The position numbers were made by a program, and so were the translations under genes. Below the pieces are notes generated by a model, which was given only the letters and a program-made list of their open reading frames with translations, searched no databases and was not told the origin of the DNA. From a virus (Duplodnaviria; Heunggongvirae; Uroviricota; Caudoviricetes): DNA of 47,941 bases. The stretch is from IMG/VR virus record IMGVR_UViG_2606217105_000017, one strand, 5' to 3'. Below are positions 9,788 to 18,870 of the stretch, piece after piece; the stretch's first letter is position 1; each line of letters begins with the position of its first letter.

Positions 9788-10906
9788 ATGGTTAAGGCTA
9801 AAAATATGCCAAATCCCATGCCAAAAACTAAGGCAAACAATGAGCCTTATCGCAAGGTAAAAATAACGATATGGGATGATCCCAAATTTAGGGCGTTATC
9901 TCCTCTGCCTCCAAGTGGACAGAGTTTGTTTATTTATCTGCTGACCAGTCCATTTACCGGGATTATTCCTGGGTTGTTTAAAGCCGGGCGGGCAGCAATG
10001 GCTGAAGAGTTGGGGTGGGATATCGAAGCCTTTAACTTAGCCTTAGGAGAAGTCATGAATCTTGGCATGGTGAAAGCAGATATCAAAGCCAGAGTTTTTT
10101 GGCTCCCGAATGCTGCGAAACACAATCCGCCAAACTCGATAAATGTCATTAAATCCTGGGCAAAGGCATTCGCTTTAATTCCTGATTGCCCTCTCAAATG
10201 GGAGGCCAGAGAATCGCTGAGAGCCGCGTCCTACGGGGTTTCTGAGGCTTTGGGGATGGCATTCGATAAGGCAATCCCTTTGCCTGAGGATAAGCCTAAG
10301 GATAAGGCTAACGCTTTGTCATGCGGTATCCAGATAACAGATAACAGATATATAAACCCCACACATAACGCGCGCGAGAGTGCTCCGGCCAGTGAGGCAA
10401 ATGGCGTGCCGTTGCAGACAGCGGAACCTGATTACCTGGAAGGCCTGAGCGAACCCATCGGGAAATTTCCGATGACCGATGGCTGGCATCCGTCGCCGGA
10501 TTTTCGACGACGGGCGGCTCTGTGGGGAGTGGCTCTGCCGGAGCCGGAATTTACACCTGCTGAACTTGCCGCCTTCCGGGACTACTGGGCAGCGGAGGGG
10601 AAAGTTTTCACGCAGGTTCAGTGGGAGCAGAAATTCGCCCGTCACGTACATCACGTCAGGGCGCAGGTTAAACCAGTCAGCAAGGGGGTGAGCCATGCAG
10701 CAGCACCAGGCGGCACCGCATCACGGGCAGTTCAGGAAATTCGGGCAGCACGTGAGCAGTGGGAACGTGAAAACGGATTTATCAGCGACGGAAACGGCGT
10801 GGAAGCTGTGGGAACTCATGGGGGAGGTTTATTCGAACCGCTGGACCCAGAAGAACGGGGCCGCACCTTCGAAGCCCTGGATTGCACAGATTGGTGCGAT
10901 GACTGA
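9788..10906 (+). CDS. Replication initiation / replisome-organiser protein, O-like position (372 aa from ATG; ORF track starts at TTG 9734)
   Basis: Position after the switch region; C-terminal ..FTPAELAAFRDYWAAEGKVFTQVQWEQKFARHV.. resembles phage replication-protein C-terminal domains. Confidence 0.55.
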   Translation: MVKAKNMPNPMPKTKANNEPYRKVKITIWDDPKFRALSPLPPSGQSLFIYLLTSPFTGIIPGLFKAGRAAMAEELGWDIEAFNLALGEVMNLGMVKADIKARVFWLPNAAKHNPPNSINVIKSWAKAFALIPDCPLKWEARESLRAASYGVSEALGMAFDKAIPLPEDKPKDKANALSCGIQITDNRYINPTHNARESAPASEANGVPLQTAEPDYLEGLSEPIGKFPMTDGWHPSPDFRRRAALWGVALPEPEFTPAELAAFRDYWAAEGKVFTQVQWEQKFARHVHHVRAQVKPVSKGVSHAAAPGGTASRAVQEIRAAREQWERENGFISDGNGVEAVGTHGGGLFEPLDPEERGRTFEALDCTDWCDD

Positions 10907-11360
10907 GCAGCAAATCCGGCAGGTCTGCTGCCAGTGCATGGACCGCTGCAGGGCGGGTGAAACATGGCCTCCGGACCTGGCTGAGTTTGTGGCGCTGATT
11001 TCGGAAAGCGGAGCCAATCCATTCGGTCTGACGGTGGATGCCGTGATGGAGGAGTACCGACGCTGGCGCAATGAGTCCTGGCGATACGACGGAAGCGATA
11101 AATACCCGTGGACTCAGCCTGTGCTGTATCACATTTGCCTCGAGATGCGTTCAAAGGGGATTGAGCGTCAGATGACCGAAGGGGAGTTAAAACGACTTGC
11201 AGAACGGCAACTGGCGAAATGGGCAAAGCATGTTGGTGATGGCTTCAGCGTTCCGCCCGTACGGCGGCAACTGGCAGCACCAGAACGCCCGTCGGGACCA
11301 ACACCAATTGAGTTGCTGAAACAGGAATATGAACGCCGGAAAGCGGCGGGGTTTGTTTGA
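10695..11360 (+). CDS. Lambda P-like replication protein (helicase loader); overlaps the previous gene by 212 nt in another frame
   Basis: C-terminal half alignable by eye with lambda P (..YPW.. and ..[13 protein letters not shown].. region); AGGGGG SD before ATG 10695; alternative ATG at 10899. Confidence 0.6.
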   Translation: MQQHQAAPHHGQFRKFGQHVSSGNVKTDLSATETAWKLWELMGEVYSNRWTQKNGAAPSKPWIAQIGAMTEQQIRQVCCQCMDRCRAGETWPPDLAEFVALISESGANPFGLTVDAVMEEYRRWRNESWRYDGSDKYPWTQPVLYHICLEMRSKGIERQMTEGELKRLAERQLAKWAKHVGDGFSVPPVRRQLAAPERPSGPTPIELLKQEYERRKAAGFV

Positions 11361-11394
11361 GTTGAGAAGTGATTTTTACCGGGAGGAAATTTTA

Positions 11395-12156
11395 ATGGAG
11401 ACCGTTTTTGACGCACTGAAAGCAATGGGAAAAGCCACGTCGGTAGAGCTGGCTGAGCGACTTGATATCAGTCGTGAAGAAGTACTGAACGAGCTGTGGG
11501 AACTGAAAAGGGCTGGCTTCGTTGATAAAAGCGTATACACCTGGCGTGTGGCTGATAACAACGTTCAGCAGGAACAGCCAGCGCCAGAAGAACAGCCGGA
11601 AGAAACCACCACGGCGACAGTAGCGAAAATCTCAAAGTGCGATTTAACCGCAACGATTGAACAACGCGGACCACAAACGGCTGATGAGCTGGCTACATTG
11701 TTTGGTACCACATCACGCAAAGTGGCTTCAACGCTGGCAATGGCAATCAGCAAAGGTCGTCTGATTCGCGTAAATCAGGGCGGTAAATTTCGTTACTGCA
11801 TACCGGGCGATAATTTACCAGCAGAGCCGAAAGCAGCATCGGTAGCGGAAACTGATGGTAAGGCCTTTCCTCAGCCCGCAGGTGTTGCATTACCAGTACA
11901 GGAGGCTGCAACACAGGAAGATATTAAAACAGAAACGGGGGCGGACATTGTGCAATCGCTGCCATCGTTTACTGAAACGCGAGCGGATGACCTGGTTTTA
12001 CCATCGCTGCATATGGCAAACCGCGAACTGCGTCGGGCGAAAAATCATGTCCAGAAGTGGGAGCGAGTCTGCGCCGCGCTGCGGGAGCTGAACAAGCACC
12101 GGGATATTGTTCGACAGATTGTCGATTCCTCCAGTCGTATTGTGTCGGAAAAGTGA
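11395..12156 (+). CDS. Hypothetical nin-region protein with winged-helix-like N-terminus (253 aa)
   Basis: GGAGG 9 nt upstream of ATG 11395. Confidence 0.5.
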   Translation: METVFDALKAMGKATSVELAERLDISREEVLNELWELKRAGFVDKSVYTWRVADNNVQQEQPAPEEQPEETTTATVAKISKCDLTATIEQRGPQTADELATLFGTTSRKVASTLAMAISKGRLIRVNQGGKFRYCIPGDNLPAEPKAASVAETDGKAFPQPAGVALPVQEAATQEDIKTETGADIVQSLPSFTETRADDLVLPSLHMANRELRRAKNHVQKWERVCAALRELNKHRDIVRQIVDSSSRIVSEK

Positions 12157-12171
12157 TTGCCGGAGGCACCT

Positions 12172-12594
12172 ATGGCAAAAGTATTTACACCAGAAGAGCG
12201 GGAAAAAATTAAAGGGCAGGTTGTTGAACTTGTACGTCTGAGCGGTCGCGAGACGTTACGGGCTCTGGAGGCTAAAACCGGTGCATCAAGGTATTACATA
12301 AGCACTCTCGCCAGAGAACTGGTCGCCAGTGGTGATGTTTACAATTCAGGCTACGGATTATTCCCGTCTGAGCAGGCGCGTAAAGACTGGCAAAACGCCC
12401 GCAAAAAACTCTCAAGGGCAAATCTGAAGAAACCATCTGTGGTTGATCCGGATCTTATCTGGTCATTACCAGATGGAGAAATACGCCGCTACAACAGGCG
12501 TCTGAACATAATTTGCCGTGAGTGCCGGAAGAGTGAGGTTATGCAGCGAGTGCTGGCGTTTTATCAGGGGAAATTTCAGGAGGTGATGCTGTGA
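12172..12594 (+). CDS. Hypothetical protein (140 aa)
   Basis: GGAGG 5 nt upstream of ATG. Confidence 0.45.
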   Translation: MAKVFTPEEREKIKGQVVELVRLSGRETLRALEAKTGASRYYISTLARELVASGDVYNSGYGLFPSEQARKDWQNARKKLSRANLKKPSVVDPDLIWSLPDGEIRRYNRRLNIICRECRKSEVMQRVLAFYQGKFQEVML

Positions 12595-12845
12595 GCGAAT
12601 CAAAATGTCAGGTTAATGGCAATCAGATAGAACCGTGTACGGCACTGGCAAAATCCCTTGAGCATGATGCTGAATACACGACGCGAAAAGGTCTGCTGAT
12701 ATACAAAATCTGGAATGAGAATTTAACTCGCGACCCTGATTTGGTGATGTTGCGTTCCGGTGAATTTTCTAAATTACCAGTGCGGGTTTCATTTTGTCCG
12801 TTCTGTGGTGAAAGTCTGAAAACGTGGGAGAACAGAAATGAATGA
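12591..12845 (+). CDS. Hypothetical protein with C-terminal CPFCG zinc-ribbon motif (84 aa, GTG start)
   Basis: AGGAGG SD; GTGA overlap with the previous gene. Confidence 0.45.
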   Translation: MSESKCQVNGNQIEPCTALAKSLEHDAEYTTRKGLLIYKIWNENLTRDPDLVMLRSGEFSKLPVRVSFCPFCGESLKTWENRNE

Positions 12846-13149
12846 AATTAGAGAAATACCAGTAGTACGTGATGAATATGGCTGCTGGACGCATCCTGAA
12901 TATGAAAAATTCTGTGATGGTAGAGAACTTATTTCAACGGAAGAGTTTAACGCCTGGATGGAGGAAAATAATCTTCAATACGTCCTCTGCTTCAGAGATG
13001 AAGGATGTGCTGACCTTGATGCGTGTGATGCTGATATTTCTGCATGGGAACCGGAACGACCAGAGGGCAATGGATGGTTTATTGGTTCAATACATGACAC
13101 CGAAGATGGCCCGGTTTGTGTATGGCTGAGAAATAAGGCCGAAGCATAA
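12838..13149 (+). CDS. Hypothetical acidic protein (103 aa)
   Basis: ORF overlapping the previous stop; operon-like packing. Confidence 0.45.
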   Translation: MNEIREIPVVRDEYGCWTHPEYEKFCDGRELISTEEFNAWMEENNLQYVLCFRDEGCADLDACDADISAWEPERPEGNGWFIGSIHDTEDGPVCVWLRNKAEA

Positions 13150-13454
13150 AGGCTATAAACCGACTAACAACTAAATACTGAAGATTTAAATCAGAAACGA
13201 TTTTTATTAAATCCTTAACCGGAGGGATTCTGCACCCTCAGAACATCAGGAGGCCGTCTGAAAGGGCGGAACAGATAATGCTTACGTTGAAACATTTTAT
13301 CGACATACCAACATGGTTAGCCGTCATTGCTTTTGTTAAAATACACATCCACTTTTCTGTGCAATGTTTAACCACTGGTCATATCAAATGGCATTCATGC
13401 GAACCATGATATAGAATCATGGCTTGAGAGAGTCGATGAAAGCGCAACTATGGT

Positions 13455-14027
13455 ATGAGAGACATTGATGTAAGAAAGGCTGTGCATGCCAAGATTCTGA
13501 GAGATCATCATAAAGATCCTGACACCCTAATCATTGATGAGTTTACGATGAATCTAGGGGCTAGCAGAGCTGATATAGCAGTGATCAATGGGCTTATACA
13601 TGGTTATGAGTTGAAGAGCAAGAGTGATAACTTGCTCAGATTACCAGCGCAGGTGCAACATTACTCATCAGTGATGGATAAAGTAACGTTGGTTGTCTCT
13701 GATTGCCATCTTTATGATGCTTTAAGCATAGTTCCATCATGGTGGGGGATAAAGCAAGTTACGCAAGGTGCACGGCAAGGTATCCATTTAAAAACAATTC
13801 GAACTAGCAAGTTGAATCCACAAGTGGACAAACTTTCCTTAACAATGCTTCTTTGGAAAGATGAATTGCTTTCCCTATTAAGTGATGTAGGGGAGCTACA
13901 GAATTTGAAAAATAAACCTAAACGCGTCTTATGGTCAAAACTCGCCAATAGTATGGATGTTGGCGAGCTTCGTGAAGCTGTTCGAGTTAAACTTAAAGCC
14001 CGTAAAGAGTGGCGAGTTGCTCAATAA
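13455..14027 (+). CDS. PD-(D/E)xK-type putative nuclease, sce7726-family-like (190 aa)
   Basis: Motif ..DTLIIDEF..RADIAVINGLIHGYELKSKSD.. gives a D...E-x-K core; AT-rich codon usage unlike flanking phage genes. Confidence 0.55.
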   Translation: MRDIDVRKAVHAKILRDHHKDPDTLIIDEFTMNLGASRADIAVINGLIHGYELKSKSDNLLRLPAQVQHYSSVMDKVTLVVSDCHLYDALSIVPSWWGIKQVTQGARQGIHLKTIRTSKLNPQVDKLSLTMLLWKDELLSLLSDVGELQNLKNKPKRVLWSKLANSMDVGELREAVRVKLKARKEWRVAQ

Positions 14028-15090
14028 CCTTAGTTATGTGATGGTTTTGCCCAATCCTACGCCATACCTCTGGGCTACCAAATTTATAGTTACCAGAGGG
14101 ATTGGCTTTGTAGGCTTGATACTCGTTTGCATAATATTCTATGTCTCTATCTCCCGCACAGAATGTAGGCCCTGAATATTCTCGATGAGCAAGAATATCC
14201 TCACTATGTTTACCATATTGTTCATAACCAAAGCGATTAGCTACTCTTCCTCGAAATACCCAAAAGTCATTATCTCCAGAGTATCTGACGCTGGCAGATA
14301 CGCTAGGGAATCGCGTCGAAAGCCTATTAAAGTCGGGGTGCTGTACTCCATAATCACTATAAATCACATTTCTGGCAAGTTCTTTTCTATTCATTAAACT
14401 CTGCCATAAAATCCACTCGATTCGAGGTTGAGAATATAGACCAACAGAAATATCACTGAGATCTGTAGGAAATGAACCCCCAGAAATAATCACTTTCCTG
14501 TATTCATTGAGGTGCGCCAGATTGTTTATCAATCCCATTGCCAAAGTATATAGTTCGCCGGAATTAAGTTTATCCTCGGTTAACTCATCTCTTAAGTCAA
14601 TAATTATATCAATATTTGATAAAGGAATTCCCAGATGATTAATGTAATGCGTTATTAATTGTGGGTTAACCAGATCTAACGTAGTTAATCTCAAGCATAT
14701 TTCATTCTGCATTAATTCTTCAATCGCTCTTTTATAGTTAGATGGGCGAGTTGGTGAACTGACAGGAATAACTCTTATTCCCATATCTCTAACTTGATTA
14801 ACCGCATTCATTATAGGGTAATGATCTTCAGGAGAAATAAAATGCTCTTCAATTAATAATCCATCAATATAAACACCTTGCATATCTGAGCAAGATTTTG
14901 AGACTTTCTTTCCGAACTCTATAAGAGTCTCGTTATAACTCTTTAAGGCAATACCTGAATCAGGGTCAATTGGCACTGGTTCAATTTCGAGTAATGGCAA
15001 AATTTTTGATTTCTTTTCAATGGATAGCTGCGATAAAGCTGATAACTCAGAACGTTTCGCTTTCAGAATAGGAATATATGAAATTGTCAT
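13993..15090 (-). CDS. Beta-protein / sce7725-family-like protein (365 aa), convergent partner of the 13455-14027 gene
   Basis: Long AT-rich ORF; recalled resemblance to the Beta_protein family (P4 beta type); 3' end overlaps the partner by 35 nt. Confidence 0.5.
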   Translation of the reverse strand: MTISYIPILKAKRSELSALSQLSIEKKSKILPLLEIEPVPIDPDSGIALKSYNETLIEFGKKVSKSCSDMQGVYIDGLLIEEHFISPEDHYPIMNAVNQVRDMGIRVIPVSSPTRPSNYKRAIEELMQNEICLRLTTLDLVNPQLITHYINHLGIPLSNIDIIIDLRDELTEDKLNSGELYTLAMGLINNLAHLNEYRKVIISGGSFPTDLSDISVGLYSQPRIEWILWQSLMNRKELARNVIYSDYGVQHPDFNRLSTRFPSVSASVRYSGDNDFWVFRGRVANRFGYEQYGKHSEDILAHREYSGPTFCAGDRDIEYYANEYQAYKANPSGNYKFGSPEVWRRIGQNHHITKVIEQLATLYGL

Positions 15091-15590
15091 GTTAATACCT
15101 TATACAGAATCAATTAACAATTAATGGTTCTTCGGACATTGAAATTTATATCGCAAAAATTGGCAAACTCTCCTCGACTACTCACTTGTGGGTATCCTGG
15201 CGTAAAAGGAATGACTTGGCAATACCCGGTGTGATCATAAGTCATTGAAAATGATCATTTTTATCAGTCTTTCTTCCATGATGAATGCTAATGCCATTTG
15301 ATTTGTTGAGGTGAAAACTATTAAAAATCAAAACGATGTAATTGAAATGAACGTTCGGTAGCATTCACGCTTTAAATGTTTCTTTTGTGCTGATTGGATG
15401 AATTTTGGTCACTTATGATGAGAGATGTTGCAGGAAAAGAAGTTGGCATTGATCTATTGGATAGTTAGAATTGCTGCGGGTGCTTGAGGCTATCTGCCTC
15501 AGGCATGAACACCAAAAGGCAGATAGAGAAAAGCCCCAGTTAACATTACGCGTCCTGCAAGACGTTTAACATTAATCTGAGGCCATATCT

Positions 15591-15650
15591 ATGCGACACA
15601 TAGAGATTAGCCTCTTACGGACCGAAAGGTCAAGGAGAAGCAGGCTATGA
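15591..15650 (+). other. mok-like leader ORF overlapping the hok start
   Basis: Short ORF whose TGA overlaps the hok ATG (ATGA). Confidence 0.3.
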
Positions 15651-15802
15651 AGCAGCAAAAGGCGATGCTAATCGCCCTGATCGTCATCTGTTTAACCGTC
15701 ATAGTGACGGCACTGGTAACGAGGAAAGACCTCTGCGAGGTACGAATCCGAACCGGCCAGACGGAGGTCGCTGTCTTCACAGCTTACGAACCTGAGGAGT
15801 AA
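15647..15802 (+). CDS. hokD: Hok-family type I toxin, HokD/RelF-like (51 aa)
   Basis: Hand-translated MKQQKAMLIALIVICLTVIVTALVTRKDLCEVRIRTGQTEVAVFTAYEPEE; below the ORF-track cutoff. Confidence 0.85.
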   Translation: MKQQKAMLIALIVICLTVIVTALVTRKDLCEVRIRTGQTEVAVFTAYEPEE

Positions 15803-15869
15803 GAGACCAGGCGAGGGAGAAATCCCTCGCCACCTCTCATGTGTCAGGCATCCTCAACGCACCCGCACT

Positions 15870-15893
15870 AAACCCGCTTCGGCGGGTTTTTTG
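15870..15893 (+). terminator. Rho-independent terminator of the hok transcript
   Basis: Hairpin CCCGC-ttcg-GCGGG followed by TTTTTT. Confidence 0.6.
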
Positions 15894-16077
15894 TTGCGTG
15901 CTGAATGCGCAGGGTGAAAAATAACCATATATTTGATTATATACACAACAAAAAATAAAAGTCATTGTACCTGCACATTAAATAATCAAATATACAGCGT
16001 GAAATAAATATTTTTCAGATTAATATTTTTGTCTCTATGTGGATATAACCGTTTGTACTTATAAACTCGGAGGCATC

Positions 16078-16290
16078 GTGGAAAAAATAAAGAAACTATT
16101 TAGTTGCAAATACGCAGTCATACGTCGTGATGACCTGTCAGTTATAGTCGAAATGGATTACTTCCCTGAACCCCCAAAATCAATGATGTATCGTAATGGT
16201 CGAAAGGCAATTTTTTTACCGATGAGGGTAAGTGACATTATGGGAAATGATAAACTGCTGGATGAATTGCGAGTCAGAGCATCCTGTTAG
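16078..16290 (+). CDS. Hypothetical protein (70 aa from GTG; ORF track starts at 16039)
   Basis: GGAGG 5 nt upstream of GTG 16078. Confidence 0.35.
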   Translation: MEKIKKLFSCKYAVIRRDDLSVIVEMDYFPEPPKSMMYRNGRKAIFLPMRVSDIMGNDKLLDELRVRASC

Positions 16291-16361
16291 TATTGGCATT
16301 AATTCTGGTATACTACATAACGGGCTGAACACCCATTCTACTGCGCCAGCGGAGAACTACG

Positions 16362-16961
16362 ATGGCGCATATACAACTGGTCAAACAAACCTCTTCCGGA
16401 TTACTTCTCCCGGCGACGCCGGAGAGTTGCGATTTTTTGCATCAAATCAAAATAGGTGAGTGGATACACGCAGACTTTAAGCGGGTGCGTAACTACGCAT
16501 TCCACAAGCGTTTTTTCAAACTCCTGCAACTGGGATTCGATTACTGGACTCCGGTCGGTGGGGCGATCACGCCTCGCGAACGAAAACTGGTATCAGGCTT
16601 CGTTGATTACCTGTGCGAATCAGTAGGTCGGGAACACACTCCAGCCCTGAGTGATGCCGCAGAGCAATACCTTAATACAGTTGCGACATGCAGAACCCGG
16701 GATACGGCATTGCTAAAGTCGTTTGACGCTTTCCGCGAGTGGGTAACCATTCAGGCCGGATTTTACACCGAGCATATTTATCCTGATGGTAGTCGTGGGC
16801 GCAGGGCAAAATCTATCGCATTTGCGAACATGGACGAAACCGAGTTTCAGCAGGTTTATAAATCTGTACTGAATGTGCTGTGGAACTGGATCCTGTTCCG
16901 TAAATTTTCCTCTCCGGTGGAAGTCGAAAATGTGGCCGCGCAGTTACTGGAGTTTGCGTAA
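16362..16961 (+). CDS. DUF1367-like nin-region protein (199 aa)
   Basis: GGAGAA SD; conserved position upstream of the YbcO-like and Q genes. Confidence 0.55.
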   Translation: MAHIQLVKQTSSGLLLPATPESCDFLHQIKIGEWIHADFKRVRNYAFHKRFFKLLQLGFDYWTPVGGAITPRERKLVSGFVDYLCESVGREHTPALSDAAEQYLNTVATCRTRDTALLKSFDAFREWVTIQAGFYTEHIYPDGSRGRRAKSIAFANMDETEFQQVYKSVLNVLWNWILFRKFSSPVEVENVAAQLLEFA

Positions 16962-17251
16962 TGGTGGATTTACGTAAAGCGGCGCGGGGGCAGATGTGCA
17001 CCGTCAGAATTCCTGGCTACTGCAATCACAATCCCGAAACTTCTGTGCTGGCGCATTACAGGCTGGCGGGGACGTGCGGAACAGCGATAAAGCCACACGA
17101 TATGCAGGCAGCGATTGCCTGTAGCTCGTGCCACGATTTAATCGACGGGCGGGTAAAAACCAGCGATTACACCAAAGAAGAATTACGCCTGATGCATGCA
17201 GAAGGTGTTTTTCGCACACAAGAAATCTGGAGAAAGGAGGGATATTTATGA
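16961..17251 (+). CDS. YbcO-like (DUF1364) Cys/His-rich putative nuclease (96 aa)
   Basis: Translation MVDLRKAARGQMCTVRIPGYCNHNPETSVLAH..CSSCHDLID.. resembles DLP12 YbcO. Confidence 0.65.
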   Translation: MVDLRKAARGQMCTVRIPGYCNHNPETSVLAHYRLAGTCGTAIKPHDMQAAIACSSCHDLIDGRVKTSDYTKEELRLMHAEGVFRTQEIWRKEGYL

Positions 17252-17790
17252 TTTACCCAACGAATACAGGAAAAAGCGGAGAACACCTTCGTCTCACCAC
17301 GCTGGAAAGTGTCTGGATTCAGGGAAAACTGCGCATGTGGGGGCGCTGGTCGTATATTGGCGGCGGTAAGACGGGGAATATGTTCAACCAGTTGTTGGCC
17401 TCTAAAAAGCTGACAAAAACGGCAATTAACGAGGCGCTCCGGAGGATGAAAAAAGCAGGTCTGAACAAGTCTGAACTTGAGGCTTTTTTGCGGGATATGA
17501 TTAACGGTAAGCAAAAGAGCTGGCTGGCGCATTGTACTGATGCAGAGGCGTTATGTATTGATCGGGTGATTAGTGAAGTGCTGGCAGAACACCCAGGATT
17601 GATTTTTATCCTCCGGCAACGATATGAAGGGAGGGGGATGACTAAGCGAAAAATGGCTGAATTGCTAAATGATGCACACCCTGAGTGGTGTTTTAGCACA
17701 TGCGAAAAGCGAATTGCTAATTGGTTGGCTGTTGCTGAGTATGCGCTATACGTTCCCATGCGAGAATCATTCGCTCAAAAAATAGCTTGA
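17248..17790 (+). CDS. Late-gene antiterminator Q-like (180 aa)
   Basis: ATGA overlap with the YbcO-like gene; followed by promoter-proximal terminator and late genes; W-rich N-terminal segment reminiscent of QuuD-type Q proteins. Confidence 0.6.
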   Translation: MIYPTNTGKSGEHLRLTTLESVWIQGKLRMWGRWSYIGGGKTGNMFNQLLASKKLTKTAINEALRRMKKAGLNKSELEAFLRDMINGKQKSWLAHCTDAEALCIDRVISEVLAEHPGLIFILRQRYEGRGMTKRKMAELLNDAHPEWCFSTCEKRIANWLAVAEYALYVPMRESFAQKIA

Positions 17791-17873
17791 TTTTTTACGC
17801 ATAAACTGCTTCAATTCCGGTATGCTTCGCAAAGCTGTATCGCGAGGCGAATAGCAGTTTTGAACATCTAAAG
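17791..17873 (+). promoter_or_regulatory. Probable late promoter (pR'-like) and qut region
   Basis: Position between Q stop and tR'-like terminator; hexamers not confidently assigned. Confidence 0.3.
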
Positions 17874-17897
17874 ACCCCGCTTAATGCGGGTTTTTTT
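17874..17897 (+). terminator. tR'-like rho-independent terminator
   Basis: Hairpin CCCGC-ttaat-GCGGG followed by T7. Confidence 0.6.
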
Positions 17898-18144
17898 ATG
17901 CCCAAAAACGAAGTAGTGCGTTAAAATGTGATGGTCGGGAGTATACAGACTTTTATATAGCACTGCGTAAAAATCAATTTATCCGGGGTAAATGTCAATT
18001 TGCTTATAAAAAAACAAAAAGATAAATTTATAGCAATTGTGTTTCTTTGGGTTGAAAGTTTTAATGTCGTCAGTATTATCTGAAGCGGTTCTGAGGAGGG
18101 GGTTTCCATTGCTCGGCCACGATACTTCCGAGGAACCAATTAAC

Positions 18145-18220
<76 letters not shown>

Positions 18221-18223
18221 TAT

Positions 18224-18298
<75 letters not shown>

Positions 18299-18344
18299 GC
18301 AGAGGACGATGCTAGGCTGTTTCAGGCACTGACACATTATATGT

Positions 18345-18623
18345 GTGGGATGTTTTACCCTAACTCCTTACCACATCCTGTTCTGTAATGAATATTATTT
18401 ATTACGGTACCAGTGTTGTTTTTTTACAATAGTGGAATGGTGCATTACTGGTGGAGATTTGTATTTCCTGGCAGGGCTGGTAATGTATCATTCCGGTGTT
18501 GTAAATAACACCCCAGAGACGTTCCTCAGTGCGAGGGTGGTTGAAAGAGTCGGTTTTGCGGGAAACCACAGCATCCATGCAGGACTGGATGTTTCGGGAG
18601 GCACCCGACGTCTCTGGTCATAA
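18345..18623 (+). CDS. Hypothetical ORF (92 aa, GTG start) in the post-tRNA cargo position
   Basis: ORF followed by a good terminator; no SD or motif recognised; may be non-coding. Confidence 0.2.
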   Translation: MGCFTLTPYHILFCNEYYLLRYQCCFFTIVEWCITGGDLYFLAGLVMYHSGVVNNTPETFLSARVVERVGFAGNHSIHAGLDVSGGTRRLWS

Positions 18624-18663
18624 TAAAATCATAGTGTTCTCTTCATGCCATTTTATGCCATAG

Positions 18664-18688
18664 ACCGCCACGCCAGGCGGTTTTTTTT
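18664..18688 (+). terminator. Rho-independent terminator
   Basis: Hairpin ACCGCC-acgcca-GGCGGT followed by T8. Confidence 0.6.
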
Positions 18689-18870
18689 ATTCAGAATTCA
18701 GTATTTATGCGGCTCGCTACGGCGGGCCTTTTTCATATCCGCGCCACGCCCGGCGCATATCAAAAACCACAGAGCCTTTCAGGGGTGAGCTTACGGGATG
18801 GTCAGTGTGACTTTCTCTGTGGGCTGGTCACCCCCGGGCGCAGGCCCACCCACTAAGAGGAAACGTCACT

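Noticed and set aside
10782-11226. Minus-strand ORFs of 80-136 aa
   Set aside because: Antisense to the P-like replication gene; GC-rich reverse-frame artefacts.
17921-18139. 72-aa minus-strand ORF
   Set aside because: Lies in the AT-rich leader between tR' and the tRNA genes; no SD and hydrophobic low-complexity product.
18300-18700. Possible Shiga-toxin or other known toxin genes downstream of the phage tRNAs
   Set aside because: No ORF of the size or sequence of stxA or stxB is present; only a 92-aa unrecognised ORF.
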